Source: Candidatus Binataceae bacterium (GTDB lineage Bacteria; Desulfobacterota; Binatia; Binatales; Binataceae). Taken from it: a DNA stretch of 64,000 nucleotides. Positions 27,251-37,480 of this stretch are shown piece after piece; position 1 is the stretch's first letter; each line of letters starts with the position of its first letter. Both the position numbers and the translations under genes were made by a program. The DNA is taken from assembly GCA_963798375.1 (NCBI GenBank), contig CAWCTG010000007.1, positions 77,586 through 141,585 of the forward strand, in the 5' to 3' direction. A model generated the notes under the pieces. It saw only the letters and a list, made by a program, of their open reading frames with translations. It searched no databases and was not told the origin of the DNA.

Positions 27251-27694
27251 CTAGCCGTTGGGCAGGTCGCCGCAAAGTGGAAAGACCGATTCGACTTCGA
27301 CCGGTCCATTCACGCGCGCCTGACACGCGAGGCGCGTACGCGGGCTCATCGAGAGATGCCATCGCAGCGAGAACTTCTCGGTTCCGCGCATGGGGGTCAG
27401 GTTGTCGGCGCCGGACTCGACCACGACGCGACAGGTTCCGCACAGCGTGCGCGCGCCGCAGACGTGCATCAGGCGGACGCCGTTCTTCATCGCGGCTCCG
27501 AGCAACGTGCCACCGAGACGAACGTCGATCCGGCGTCCGTCGAACTCGACGGGCACGATACCGGGCCGGGCGGCGACTTGCTTGAGGCGGGCGGCGAATG
27601 CGTTTCTGAAATCGCGATGGTTAAATTCGCGGGCGGGATCGATGGCGGATTTTATTCGCGCCGCAAAATCCGATTCGGTCTTTTCAGGGTTCAT
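27251..27694 (-). CDS. [2Fe-2S] ferredoxin-like protein encoded directly downstream of, and overlapping, the ECF sigma gene (candidate redox-sensing partner / anti-sigma)
   Basis: Cys pattern HVCGARTLCGTCRV...(34 aa)...C is C-x5-C-x2-C...C, typical of plant-type 2Fe-2S ferredoxins. The ATGA overlap with the sigma gene suggests translational coupling. Confidence 0.5.
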   Translation of the reverse strand: MNPEKTESDFAARIKSAIDPAREFNHRDFRNAFAARLKQVAARPGIVPVEFDGRRIDVRLGGTLLGAAMKNGVRLMHVCGARTLCGTCRVVVESGADNLTPMRGTEKFSLRWHLSMSPRTRLACQARVNGPVEVESVFPLCGDLPNG

Positions 27695-28299
27695 GGTTCT
27701 TCCTTCCAGCTCTTTCGAATGGCTTTTCGTGCGCGGGCCAGGCGCGATTCCACCGCGTGCTCGCCGAGCCGCAGTATCCGCGCGATTTCCGATATGGCGA
27801 TCTCCTCGACGTACTTCAGGATCAGCACTTCGCGATACTCGGGCCGGAGTTGCTTGAGAGCGCGGCTGAATTCCCGATTGGCACCGGCGTCGTGCGCCGG
27901 AGTGGATGCGTCTTCATCGATTGGAGCCGCGCGCATCAGGCGGGCACGACGCGCATTGGTGCGGATGAGAGAAAGAACTTTGCGATGTGCGATGGCACAG
28001 GCGAAGGTGAACAACGAGCTGTCGCCGCGAAAGAACGGCAGCGCGTCGGCCAGCGCCATTAAAGTTTCCTGCAGCACGTCGTCGGCATCGGGGGCATCGG
28101 CACCGAGCGAATTCGCGATGAAGCGGCGGATGCGCGCGGCGTAGCGATCGAAGAACTCGTAGGCCGCGTCCTGGTGGCCAGCCTTGAGGCGGGCGACGAG
28201 ATCGGTCTCCGAGGATCGCGGCGCTTCGGCCGAGCTCACGAGTGAGATTCTCCGCCCGGGTTCAAGCGGCAGCTTCCTCGACGATAGATGCATACTCAC
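27691..28299 (-). CDS. ECF (sigma-70 family group 4) RNA polymerase sigma factor
   Basis: Region 2 (DDVLQETLMAL...) and region 4 (VLILKYVEEIAISEIARILRLGEHAVESRL). Confidence 0.8.
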   Translation of the reverse strand: MSMHLSSRKLPLEPGRRISLVSSAEAPRSSETDLVARLKAGHQDAAYEFFDRYAARIRRFIANSLGADAPDADDVLQETLMALADALPFFRGDSSLFTFACAIAHRKVLSLIRTNARRARLMRAAPIDEDASTPAHDAGANREFSRALKQLRPEYREVLILKYVEEIAISEIARILRLGEHAVESRLARARKAIRKSWKEEP

Positions 28300-28450
28300 A
28301 GATGACAGAACCTTGCCGCTTCGAGGCTAACCTTACAAGTTAGTCGCCACGGCGAGGCAAAATCCGTCGCGCAGAGTCGTTGCCGCATTCGCCGCCGCTT
28401 GATGTAACATCGCGGTGGCGCCGGCGCGGCGACTATCGAATCGGGACGGG

Positions 28451-29263
28451 ATGCCCATGGAAGACAAAACAGTTCTCTACGAGAAGCACGACCGCATTGC
28501 CAGGGTCATCCTCAACCGTCCGCGCTACAGGAACGCGCAGTCGCGGCGATTGCTCGAGGAAATGGACGACGCCTTCGCCACCGCCAACGCCGACGACGAC
28601 GTCCGCGTCATCATTCTCTCCGGCGCCGGCGATAATTTCTGCTCCGGCCACGATCTCGGCACGCCCGAAGAAAAAGAGGACCAGGAGCGCCGCCCGTTTT
28701 CCAAGGGTGTGCGCGGCGAGTACGCCCGCTCGCGCCAGTTGTTCCTCGACAACACGCTGCGATGGCGCGATCTCGACAAGCCCACCATCGCGCAGGTGCA
28801 GGGCCTGTGCATCTTCGGCGGATGGATGTTCGCGGCCGCGATGGACCTCATCGTTGCTTCTGACGACGCCAAGTTCCTGCCCGCGCTCTTGCAGTACTTT
28901 TCGATTCCGTGGGACATGCCCCCGCGCAAGGCCAAGGAAATCCTCTTCCAGAGCCGCTTCGTGGACGCCGACGAGGCCTGCCGCGTCGGCTTCGTCAATA
29001 TGGTCGTGCCGCGCGCCAAGCTCGAGGCCGAAACGACGGCGCTTGCGAATCGAATCGCCGAGAGCGACCGCTTCACGCTCCGCATGGTAAAGTGGGCAGT
29101 CAATTCCGCGCAGGACGCGATGGGCTTCAGCACCGCGATTCGCAACGCTCATTCGCATCACATGGTGCTCGGCACCGACGCTTTGATCGCCAAGCTGGAA
29201 GGCAAGGAGCTTCCCAAGCGGATGGCCGGGGTCGATCAGGCGCTCAAGAAAGTGAAAAAATAG
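28451..29263 (+). CDS. enoyl-CoA hydratase/isomerase (crotonase) family protein
   Basis: VRVIILSGAGDNFCSGHDLG and GLCIFGGWMFAAAMDLIVA are crotonase-fold motifs. Confidence 0.8.
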   Translation: MPMEDKTVLYEKHDRIARVILNRPRYRNAQSRRLLEEMDDAFATANADDDVRVIILSGAGDNFCSGHDLGTPEEKEDQERRPFSKGVRGEYARSRQLFLDNTLRWRDLDKPTIAQVQGLCIFGGWMFAAAMDLIVASDDAKFLPALLQYFSIPWDMPPRKAKEILFQSRFVDADEACRVGFVNMVVPRAKLEAETTALANRIAESDRFTLRMVKWAVNSAQDAMGFSTAIRNAHSHHMVLGTDALIAKLEGKELPKRMAGVDQALKKVKK

Positions 29264-29393
29264 AGCGCGCAGATCGCTGCTCGCGCTCAATTGACGTCGA
29301 ATTGCGTTCGATTTGCGACTTTAGAGTCCCCATAAGACCCCTTCCGCACGAACTGCTTTCGCCTCGGCTTCCCCAAGTCGTCACCATTGAAGT

Positions 29394-30516
29394 GTGACGA
29401 CTTCTATTCGAACACTGAGCTGCGCAATCGCCGCGGCATTCCTTTTTGTCGCGCTCACAGCGACCGGCTCCAGCGCATCTTTTTTACCCGACGCGAGTCC
29501 AACTGCCGCGCCTGCTCCTTCATCGGATCCAGGCCCGCCTCCTGCCGCGGCGAACGCCGCCGAGCCCAGCGCGACGCTCGCGCCGATTGCGCATCAGATG
29601 GTAGGGGGAGAGTTCGACTTCATTGTCGCCGATGGCAACTCCTTTACAAGTATCGGTTCGCGATTCGGTGAGAGCCCCAGGATATTGGCCCGCGACAACG
29701 GCAAGCAGGTTACAGACCGGCTGCAGGCCGGCGACACTATTCATATCGACAATCGTCATATCGTCCCCGTCGAAGGATCCGATTTGATCGAGATCAACCT
29801 GCCGCAGCGGATGCTCTTTCATTTCGAGAGTGGCCGGTTGAGCGGGGCGTATCCGGTCGCGATCGGGCAACCGGGGGTGCGGTGGCGGACCCCGATCGGC
29901 GCGTTCAAGGTGATCCAGATGCGCGAAGATCCGACCTGGCGCGTGCCGGCGTCGATTCAGCGGCGAAGAGGAAGAACAGGGCAGGGAGGTCGTGGACGAG
30001 GTCGAACCCGGACCCGACAATCCGCTCGGCAAATACTGGATCGGGCTGAGTTTCCCGGTGATCGGGATTCATGGCACCAATCATCCCATCAGCGTTTACA
30101 GCTACCGAACCCATGGATGCGTCCGGTTGCATCCTGACGATATCGAAGCGCTGTTCAACGCCGTCGATCTGAATGATCGCGGCGAAATCTTCTACTTGCC
30201 TGTGATGCTGGCGCGGCTGGACGACGGGCGGATTTTCCTCGAGAGCGAAAGGGACATTTACCGCAAAGGCACCGGCGGAATCGACGCGGTGCGGGCTCTT
30301 GCGCAGGCCGGCAGGATTGATACCCTAATCGACTGGTCTCGTGCCGGGGAAGTAGTAAACGACCAGGAAGGAATCGCGCGCGACGTGACGCTCAGGTCCG
30401 AACGCGCAGGGGGAACGCCAGCAGATCCGATCGCGGCGACGACAAGTGAGCGAGCACGCACAGTCGCAACCCGGGCATCGCGCGGACTTATCGCGGCGGC
30501 GCTTCCTCCGCATTAG
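29394..30516 (+). CDS. LysM-domain L,D-transpeptidase (YkuD); the N-terminal and catalytic parts lie in different frames (apparent 1-nt frameshift near 29955)
   Basis: LysM-like FDFIVADGNSFTSIGSRFG. The catalytic part GPDNPLGKYWIGL...HGTN...SHGCVRL continues in the 29992..30516 frame. Confidence 0.55.
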
Positions 30517-31024
30517 CGCCCTGGCCGCTGCACAACTGGTTGTGCCTGCGGTCGCGATAGCGCGCACCACCGTCCAGCTTCGGCGCCGCTCGCTCAAGTT
30601 CTACAATCTGCACACCGGCGAAAGTCTGAGCACCACTTACTGGCAGGACGGCCGCTACGTTCCCGGCGAGCTCGATCGCGTCAACTTCATCCTGCGCGAT
30701 TTCCGCGCCAATGAAGTAAAGCCGATCGATCCCGCGCTCCTCGATCTGCTGGTGCAAATCCAGCATCGACTGAGCAGCGCCGAGCCGTTCCAGGTGATTT
30801 CCGGATACCGCTCGCCCGTGACCAATGCGATGCTCCATGCGAACAGCGAGGGCGTCGCCGTCCACAGCCTCCATCTCGAAGGCAAGGCGATCGATATCAC
30901 TGTGCCGGGACGGAGCCTCGCGCAGCTTCGCGGCGCCGCGTTGGCGCAGCAGGCCGGCGGCGTCGGCTACTACCCGCGCACCGGTTTCGTTCACGTCGAT
31001 ACCGGCCGCGTCCGCTTCTGGTAG
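30446..31024 (+). CDS. DUF882 / peptidase M15A (YcbK-like) protein with a Tat signal
   Basis: Twin-arginine SRRRFLRISALAA. C-terminal GGVGYYPRTGFVHVDTGRVRFW matches DUF882. Confidence 0.75.
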   Translation: MSEHAQSQPGHRADLSRRRFLRISALAAAQLVVPAVAIARTTVQLRRRSLKFYNLHTGESLSTTYWQDGRYVPGELDRVNFILRDFRANEVKPIDPALLDLLVQIQHRLSSAEPFQVISGYRSPVTNAMLHANSEGVAVHSLHLEGKAIDITVPGRSLAQLRGAALAQQAGGVGYYPRTGFVHVDTGRVRFW

Positions 31025-31047
31025 CCCCGCGCGCCGACCGGCCGCGT

Positions 31048-32238
31048 TCAATATGCGGCGTCGAGAATCGCGATCAACTGCTCCAACGTCACCTCTGCGC
31101 CCACCGTGTTCGCCCGCTTCACCTCTTCGAGCACCGTTCCCGCGATTCGCGAAATTTCCTCGCGCGGCACACCCACGTCCCGAAGCCGCGTCGGCACCTC
31201 GAACTTGCCGATGAACTTCGCCGCACGATCGGCGCATTCCATCGCCGCCGAGCGTGGACTGCGCGCGTCGAAGCGCACGCCGAATCCTTCCGCGATCGGC
31301 CCAAAGCGATCTGCGGCGACCTCGGCCATAAAGCGCATCACGTGCGGGAGAGTTATGCATGAGGTGACGCCGTGCGGGACATTCCACATTGGCCCGATCT
31401 GATGCCCCAGCGCGTGCGAGATTCCGCTGCGAGTGTTCGACATGCCGAAAATCGAGAGCCACGCGGCAAGCTGGCATTGCATGCGATGCTCGAGTTCGTT
31501 TTCGTTGTCGCCATCCGTTTGCAGTGACGGCAACAGATGCTCCGTCAGGAGCGCGATCGCGCGCGCCGCGAGCGTGTCGGTGACGAGCTGATGGCGCGTC
31601 GAGTACGAACCCTCGACTGCGTGATCGAGCGCGCGCATCCCGGTCGAGGCCCACAGCCATGCGGGCGTTTCGACCGTCAGCGCCGGATCGAGGATGACCA
31701 CCTTGGCCTGCAGGCGCGGGTCGGCAACCCCGCCTTTGACCTTGGTCGATTCGTCGGTGACGCCTCCCCCCGGCGTGAACTCGCCGGCCGACAACGTGGT
31801 CGGCATCGCGATATGCAGAATCTCGCGTCCGCCCGCCGTCTCTTTCGCCGCCGCGCTGAAATCTACGATGCGCGAGCCGGCGCGACCGCCCATCAATTGC
31901 CACGCCGCGTTCTTCACGGTGTCGATCGGGCTGCCGCCGCCGAAACTCACCATCGCGTCGGCGCCGACGCGGCGCGCCTCTGCCACCAGTTCCGTGACCG
32001 TATGCGACGGTACATGCTGAGCGGCGCCGGTGAACACTCCCGCAATTGCGGGACCAGCCGCATTCTTGAGCTTGTCGAGCAGTTTCGAGTGGCCGAGCGT
32101 CTTACCGGTCACGATGAGCGCTCGTTTCGCTTCGCGGCGCGCGAGTTCGCGTCCAAGTGATTCGGCCTTGCCGACGCCGAAGACAACCGTCTCGAGTCGC
32201 GTGAAATGGTATTCGCCAGCGGTCTTGTTCAATTTGTT
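31048..32238 (-). CDS. iron-containing alcohol dehydrogenase family oxidoreductase
   Basis: GGGSPIDTVKNAA glycine-rich motif and Fe-ADH fold. TTG start after an AGGAGA RBS. Confidence 0.8.
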   Translation of the reverse strand, partial: NKLNKTAGEYHFTRLETVVFGVGKAESLGRELARREAKRALIVTGKTLGHSKLLDKLKNAAGPAIAGVFTGAAQHVPSHTVTELVAEARRVGADAMVSFGGGSPIDTVKNAAWQLMGGRAGSRIVDFSAAAKETAGGREILHIAMPTTLSAGEFTPGGGVTDESTKVKGGVADPRLQAKVVILDPALTVETPAWLWASTGMRALDHAVEGSYSTRHQLVTDTLAARAIALLTEHLLPSLQTDGDNENELEHRMQCQLAAWLSIFGMSNTRSGISHALGHQIGPMWNVPHGVTSCITLPHVMRFMAEVAADRFGPIAEGFGVRFDARSPRSAAMECADRAAKFIGKFEVPTRLRDVGVPREEISRIAGTVLEEVKRANTVGAEVTLEQLIAILDAAY

Positions 32239-32440
32239 TCTCCTGATTCGCTTACTCCCGACCATCATATTCCGGTGCTTATCGCTACCGAAAACAAGCC
32301 AGAATCACATTTTGGTGCTTGTGACTACCGAAAACACGGGCCGGCTACTTGCGGTGCTGATCGAACAGGGCGAGACTGATGCGGCTACCTCCGATTGGTC
32401 ACTCCCGCGTTCGATCGCTTTTACAAGGACAGGTGAAACA

Positions 32441-32707
32441 TTGAATCTACGACACATTGCCGTCGCTCTCGCGCTCGTGGGCTGGTATTTGATGGCGCCG
32501 CCGCAAACCAGGACCTGGTGGGTCGGCCCGCAACGCTCCGATGGTGCCGCCCCGCTTAGCAGGTGGACGAATGAGCAGTCATTCGACAAGGCCGACGTAT
32601 GTGAGGCGGCTCGGCTGGCTGCTCAGCAGAATGGTGGCGACGGCGCGATCGGCTCGGGTTACGCAGTTTGCGTTGCCACCGACGACCCGCGCCTCAAGGG
32701 CTTTTAG
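32441..32707 (+). CDS. paralog 4 of the LVGWYLMxPP...ATDDPRLK small-protein family (TTG start)
   Basis: LNLRHIAVALALVGWYLMAPP...PLSRWTNEQSFDKADVC...VCVATDDPRLKGF. Confidence 0.5.
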   Translation: MNLRHIAVALALVGWYLMAPPQTRTWWVGPQRSDGAAPLSRWTNEQSFDKADVCEAARLAAQQNGGDGAIGSGYAVCVATDDPRLKGF

Positions 32708-32747
32708 CCCCGGTAACCGTCATCGAATAGAACACGCGCTGCGCGGC

Positions 32748-33731
32748 TCAGCGCGCGAACGCGGGCATCACCTGCTTCGCGAACATCTCGATAGTGTCGG
32801 GCATCATGAAGTTCAGGAAGAAGTACGTCATGCCGAACTTATCGATTCGAGCGGCGAGTTCACGCTTGACGTCGTCGGGGGTGCCGATCAGGACCTGAAG
32901 CGACGTACGCACGCTCTCGTTATTCTCGATTCCTAGAGTCTGCGCAGTCGCGGCCGCCATCGCATCGGCAGTGGCGCGATCCTTGGCCATCAGTACAAAT
33001 CCTCCACCCGAGAGCTCGAGCGCGTCCGGAGCGCGGCCCGCGGCTTTCAGGAAGCCGCGAATCATTTCGATGCGCTTCTGAACCTTGTTCCGATCGAACT
33101 TGAGCGCTTCAACGATATCGACGTAGCCCTTGGTTATCGGCGGGTTCAGATTCAGGATGTCGGCCTCACCCGCCGCGATTTCGAGTATGCGCTTGCCGCC
33201 ACCGCCAATCAGGATCGGCGGATGCGGCCGCTGCACGGGCTTGGGATCGCAATAAGCCTTGTCGATCTTGAAGTACGGCCCATGATAGGTCGGCTCGTCT
33301 TGCGTCCACATCGCCTTGAGGACCTTGATGCCGTCGCGCATCTGCTCGATTCGTTCGGCGTTCGACGGATACGGAAAGTTGTAGGCGTCGTATTCTTCCC
33401 TGAACCAGCCGGCGCCGAGCCCCGCGATAAAGCGGCCGCCGCTCAAGTTGTCGATCGACGCCATCGTCTTCGCCAGCAGCGCGGGATTGCGATAGGACAT
33501 CGAGGTGACCAGCGGCAGCATCTTGATGCGCTTGGTGACCGCCGCGACCGCGCTGAGCATCGTGAAGCATTCATAATGCGGCGCGCGCGGATCAGCCATC
33601 AGCCCGCGCATGAAGAAGTGATCGTCGATCGAAACCGAGTAGTATCCCAGCTCCTCGGCCCGCCGCGCGGTAGCTAAAGTATCAACCGGATCCCCATTGG
33701 GAAGCCCAACATTAAATTTGATTGGCCGCAT
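32748..33731 (-). CDS. LLM-class flavin-dependent oxidoreductase (luciferase-like monooxygenase)
   Basis: SVSIDDHFF...LLAKTMASIDNLSGGRFIAGLGAGW is an LLM signature. Confidence 0.8.
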   Translation of the reverse strand: MRPIKFNVGLPNGDPVDTLATARRAEELGYYSVSIDDHFFMRGLMADPRAPHYECFTMLSAVAAVTKRIKMLPLVTSMSYRNPALLAKTMASIDNLSGGRFIAGLGAGWFREEYDAYNFPYPSNAERIEQMRDGIKVLKAMWTQDEPTYHGPYFKIDKAYCDPKPVQRPHPPILIGGGGKRILEIAAGEADILNLNPPITKGYVDIVEALKFDRNKVQKRIEMIRGFLKAAGRAPDALELSGGGFVLMAKDRATADAMAAATAQTLGIENNESVRTSLQVLIGTPDDVKRELAARIDKFGMTYFFLNFMMPDTIEMFAKQVMPAFAR

Positions 33732-33940
33732 AGCTGATGCTCCTTGAATTCAGACATTCATGCCCGCCACTTTAGACGCTCGGTTGCATTTCGGGCAACG
33801 CCCGCGTCCCGGTCAGGCTGATACGATCGCCGGCGCGCCACGTCAGGGGGGTGACTATCGCTACCGGGGACGGGATCGGGGATGGAAATCGTGAAGCGAA
33901 GTTGAACTGCCGGAACGATTAATTCGCCCCGGCGGCTTCG

Positions 33941-34189
33941 TCATCGAAATCGGTATAACACTGCTACGTGCCCATGCCCGTGAGGCTCACGATGTGCGGA
34001 TTGGCCGGATCTTGCGAAATGCCGACGGCCAGCGCCGCGCTGCTCGTACCAATCGCGTAACCTTCTTTTGAGCTGGTACTTTTCCTTGAGACGACGCTCT
34101 TGCTCGTCGAAGTGGATGCCCACGGCCGCGCATCCGATCACCAATCCGACCATCATCATCACAGTCGCCACTAAGGTAATCGCGATCAT
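33941..34189 (-). CDS. hypothetical small membrane protein
   Basis: One TM helix (MIAITLVATVMMMVGLVIGCAAVGI) plus a charged tail. Confidence 0.3.
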   Translation of the reverse strand: MIAITLVATVMMMVGLVIGCAAVGIHFDEQERRLKEKYQLKRRLRDWYEQRGAGRRHFARSGQSAHREPHGHGHVAVLYRFR

Positions 34190-34521
34190 GGCCTAAGCCC
34201 CTGATCGTGTCGCGCCCGGGGCGCCCGCGACGCCAACGATCGCGATCGTGCCGATCCGTGCTTTTCCTGCGTACTTGTCCATTTTTGCGTCCCCTCCATT
34301 TTTGAAGAGGAAATCATCCAGAGTACGACCTACAGTATGCTAATACCTCCAGTATCCACGATTAAGAGCAGCTTATATCAAGTTAACCGCTTGCGCAAGC
34401 TCTTTTACGTCTCCTACAGAGATCGCCTGTGTCGATTCCCGCGACGAGGGCAGTGAAGGTTTAGTTGGTCGGGGTAAGCCGGATTTGAAGCGGCCATCGC
34501 GCGGGGCGCAGCGGGGGCGCG

Positions 34522-35350
34522 TCAGGGCTTGATTATCACTACCGTGCCGTCGGGAAGCAGCCGCTTCAGCTCTTCGACATCTTCGTCGTCCACCGAGATG
34601 CATCCCGTGGTCCAGTTGATATCGCCCCTGTTCAGCAGCGGTTCGTCGCTGCCATGGATTCCGATTCTGCCGCCCACGCCGACCGGATGGCCGTCTTCGC
34701 TCGGCACCGCGCCGCCGTCGCGCAGTTCCTCGTAGCGGCGGCGGTCAAGCAGGTTTGGATAGTTCAGCGTGAGGAACCAATCCCAGCGGCGGCTCGGATG
34801 CTTCCCGACGATTGTATAAACGCCTTCGGGCGTGCGGCGGTCGCCCTCCCACAGTTTCGTGCCGGGCTCGAAGCTGCGCCCGAACACGGCGTGGTAGGTC
34901 TTAAACATCCGGCCTTTGTAATAGACGATGAGCTGGTGGCGCCTTTTGAAGACATTCACCGACCAACTGAGCGGATCCATGAAAGTTATGTCGCGCGGTC
35001 GCCTTGAAGAGAAGTTGACCCGGGGTCGGCACGCGATCGGTCCGCACCCCGTCGATTTTCACCTGCGCGGGAGGAGTTGGCGTCGCGGTCGGCGTCGGGG
35101 TGGGAGTGGCCCGCGGATCGGGCGTCGGCATCCCCGGATCGACGTATTTCACCACGGTCGGATCGTAGGGCGGAGGCGGCGGCATTGTGCCTGCTTTCTC
35201 CGCGTCGCCGGCGGTGATCGGCACGTCTTGCGACATGATCGCCGCCGAGGATTCGGCGCGCCCGGGCTCGGCGGCACACATCGTGACTGCGGCCGCGACG
35301 ACCAATCCGGCGGCAATCGATCCGACAATCCGGCCCATCAGCTCCAGCAA
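34522..35350 (-). CDS. L,D-transpeptidase (YkuD) with a signal peptide and Pro/Thr-rich linker; the two parts lie in different frames (apparent frameshift near 34900-34980)
   Basis: Catalytic domain ...GIHGSDEP...TTGCISV in the 34522..34980 frame. Signal peptide plus PTPTPTATPTPP linker in the 34901..35350 frame. Confidence 0.55.
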
Positions 35351-35463
35351 AGCTCCAGCATCGCGGTCACATTCTCTATTTTGGGAACGCTTGGTGTCCA
35401 GGTCAATTGTAAAGTAGCGTCAATCTGCGATTTGTCGGCGGGTAATCCCGGGAGCATTCATCG

Positions 35464-35979
35464 ATGGACAACAACCTCGCGCGCGCGATGGCCGGCCTCA
35501 CCACCGGAATATACGTTTTGACCACGCAGGAGAATGGGCGATGCCACGGGATGTCGTCGTCGTGGGTCGCGCAGGTCTCGGGCGAGCCGGTGATGTTCAC
35601 GGCGGCGGTCGATAACGCGCACTTCAGCAACGGCGTAATCGCGAGAACCGGTGCGTTCGGACTGAACGTGGTGGGACGCCGCGGCCGGGAACTCGAAGAT
35701 TACTTCTACTCGTCACGCGCGCGGCGCGGCAACAATCTCGACGCGATCGAGTTCGAACTGTCCCCGACCCTCGCGGTGCCGTGGCTGAAACTCGCCATGA
35801 TCGCTCTGGAAGCCCGCGTAGTGGACAGCCGCGTCGCGGGCGACCATACGATTTTCGTGGCATCGCCGGTCGGCGTGCGTCCGAATGCGAATGACCGGCC
35901 TTTGACGTCGCTCGATCTCGACTACGTTTACCTCGGCGGGACGCAAGTGGTCGCGCGCGATCGGTCGGGATGGGACTGA
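35464..35979 (+). CDS. flavin reductase family protein (FMN-binding split barrel)
   Basis: LARAMAGLTTGIYVLTT...GMSSSWVAQVS matches the flavin reductase-like domain. Confidence 0.75.
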   Translation: MDNNLARAMAGLTTGIYVLTTQENGRCHGMSSSWVAQVSGEPVMFTAAVDNAHFSNGVIARTGAFGLNVVGRRGRELEDYFYSSRARRGNNLDAIEFELSPTLAVPWLKLAMIALEARVVDSRVAGDHTIFVASPVGVRPNANDRPLTSLDLDYVYLGGTQVVARDRSGWD

Positions 35980-36048
35980 TGCGCCCGCGCTTTGCGCTTT
36001 GACGGTCGGCAAAATCGTCTGATAGCATCCGCGCGCGGAGAGATTTGG

Positions 36049-36528
36049 ATGGCAATCGAAAAGAACGAGCTGCGGCGCGTGATGGGTCATTTCGCGACCG
36101 GGGTTACCGTGGTCACGTCGCGTCGCAGCTCGGGTGAGCTGCATGGCCTGACTGCCAACGCGTTTACGTCGGTCTCGCTGGTTCCTCCGCTGGCGCTGGT
36201 TTGCGTGGACAAGAAGGCCGAGAGCTATCCCTGCTTCGAGGAGAGCAAAATCTTCACCGTCAATGTACTGGCCTGCGACCAGGAAGCGTTGTCGCGCAAG
36301 TTCGCGGTCAGCGGCGGCAACAAATTCGAGGGCGTCAGTCACAAAATTGGCGCGAACGGCGCCCCGATCCTCGACGGTGCGCTCGCTTATCTCGAGTGCA
36401 AGGTGACCAGCGCGATCGACGGCGGCGACCATACGATTTACATCGGCGAGATCGAGCAGGCCGAAACGCCCCACGAGGGCAAGCCGCTGCTGTTTTTCCG
36501 CGGCGGATACCGTGAACTCGGCGACTAG
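36049..36528 (+). CDS. flavin reductase family protein (second, tandem)
   Basis: LRRVMGHFATGVTVVTS...GLTANAFTSVSLVPPLALVCV. Confidence 0.75.
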   Translation: MAIEKNELRRVMGHFATGVTVVTSRRSSGELHGLTANAFTSVSLVPPLALVCVDKKAESYPCFEESKIFTVNVLACDQEALSRKFAVSGGNKFEGVSHKIGANGAPILDGALAYLECKVTSAIDGGDHTIYIGEIEQAETPHEGKPLLFFRGGYRELGD

Positions 36529-36543
36529 ATCGCCCATGCCAAC

Positions 36544-37290
36544 GTGAGCTTCCCGGTCCGAATCCCCGGAATCAGCGTTTTCCTGCCGTCGCATAACGAG
36601 GAAGGCAACGTCGAGCGCGTCGTGCGCTCATACCTGGCCGAATTGCCGCGGGTCGCCGACGACTTCGAGGTAATCGTGGTTGACGACGGCAGCCGCGATC
36701 GCACCGGCGAAATCGCCGAGCGCCTCGCCGCGGAGGATTCGCACGTCAAGGTCGTACGTCATCATGTCAACAAAGGCTACGGCGGTGCGGTGATCTCCGG
36801 AATTCGGGCTGCGACCAAGCCGTATGTGCTGCTATGCGATGGCGACGGGCAATTCGATCCTTCAGATCTGGAGCGTATGACGCCGTTTGTTCCCGAATAC
36901 GACGTAGTTGCCGGGCACCGAGTGCTTCGTGCCGACCATCTGATTCGCAGAATCAACGGCAAGGCGTGGACGGTTCTGGTTCGTGTGCTACTCGGCATCA
37001 CGATCAGCGACATCGATTGCGGCTTCAAATTGTTCAAGCGCGAGAAGCTCGAGGGGATGGATTTGCGGGCGCATGGCGCGATGATCTCGACCGAGCTGAT
37101 GGCGCGGCTGGCGGGCCGTAATGCAAAGGTAAAAGAGGTGGACGTCAAGCATCTGCCGCGGCTGACGGGCGAGCAGTCGGGCGCCAATCTCAAAGTGGTC
37201 GCGCGGGCGTTTAAGGAGCTGATAGCGCTATATCGAGAGCTCAGGGCTGAGCGCCAAGGGCGAGGATATGGGGGTTCAGGGCAACCGTGA
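36544..37290 (+). CDS. family-2 glycosyltransferase, polyprenol-phosphate mannose synthase (Ppm1/DPM1)-like
   Basis: ISVFLPSHNEEGNV...VIVVDDGSRDRT...LLCDGDGQFD are GT2 DxD motifs. Confidence 0.75.
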   Translation: MSFPVRIPGISVFLPSHNEEGNVERVVRSYLAELPRVADDFEVIVVDDGSRDRTGEIAERLAAEDSHVKVVRHHVNKGYGGAVISGIRAATKPYVLLCDGDGQFDPSDLERMTPFVPEYDVVAGHRVLRADHLIRRINGKAWTVLVRVLLGITISDIDCGFKLFKREKLEGMDLRAHGAMISTELMARLAGRNAKVKEVDVKHLPRLTGEQSGANLKVVARAFKELIALYRELRAERQGRGYGGSGQP

Positions 37291-37480
37291 AGGGGACAAA
37301 CGCAGACGCAAAGCGGATAGACGATAGACCGATTGCGTCATCGGGGACCGTCCGCCCGGCGAAATTACCTTGTCGTTCCCTAGGGATCTTGCCGTCAGCC
37401 GATGGCACGGGTATAGCAATAGCCTTAATAGTCACATTGCGGCCCATTAAGGGCCGCCCAGATCAAGGAGATCCAAGAGT

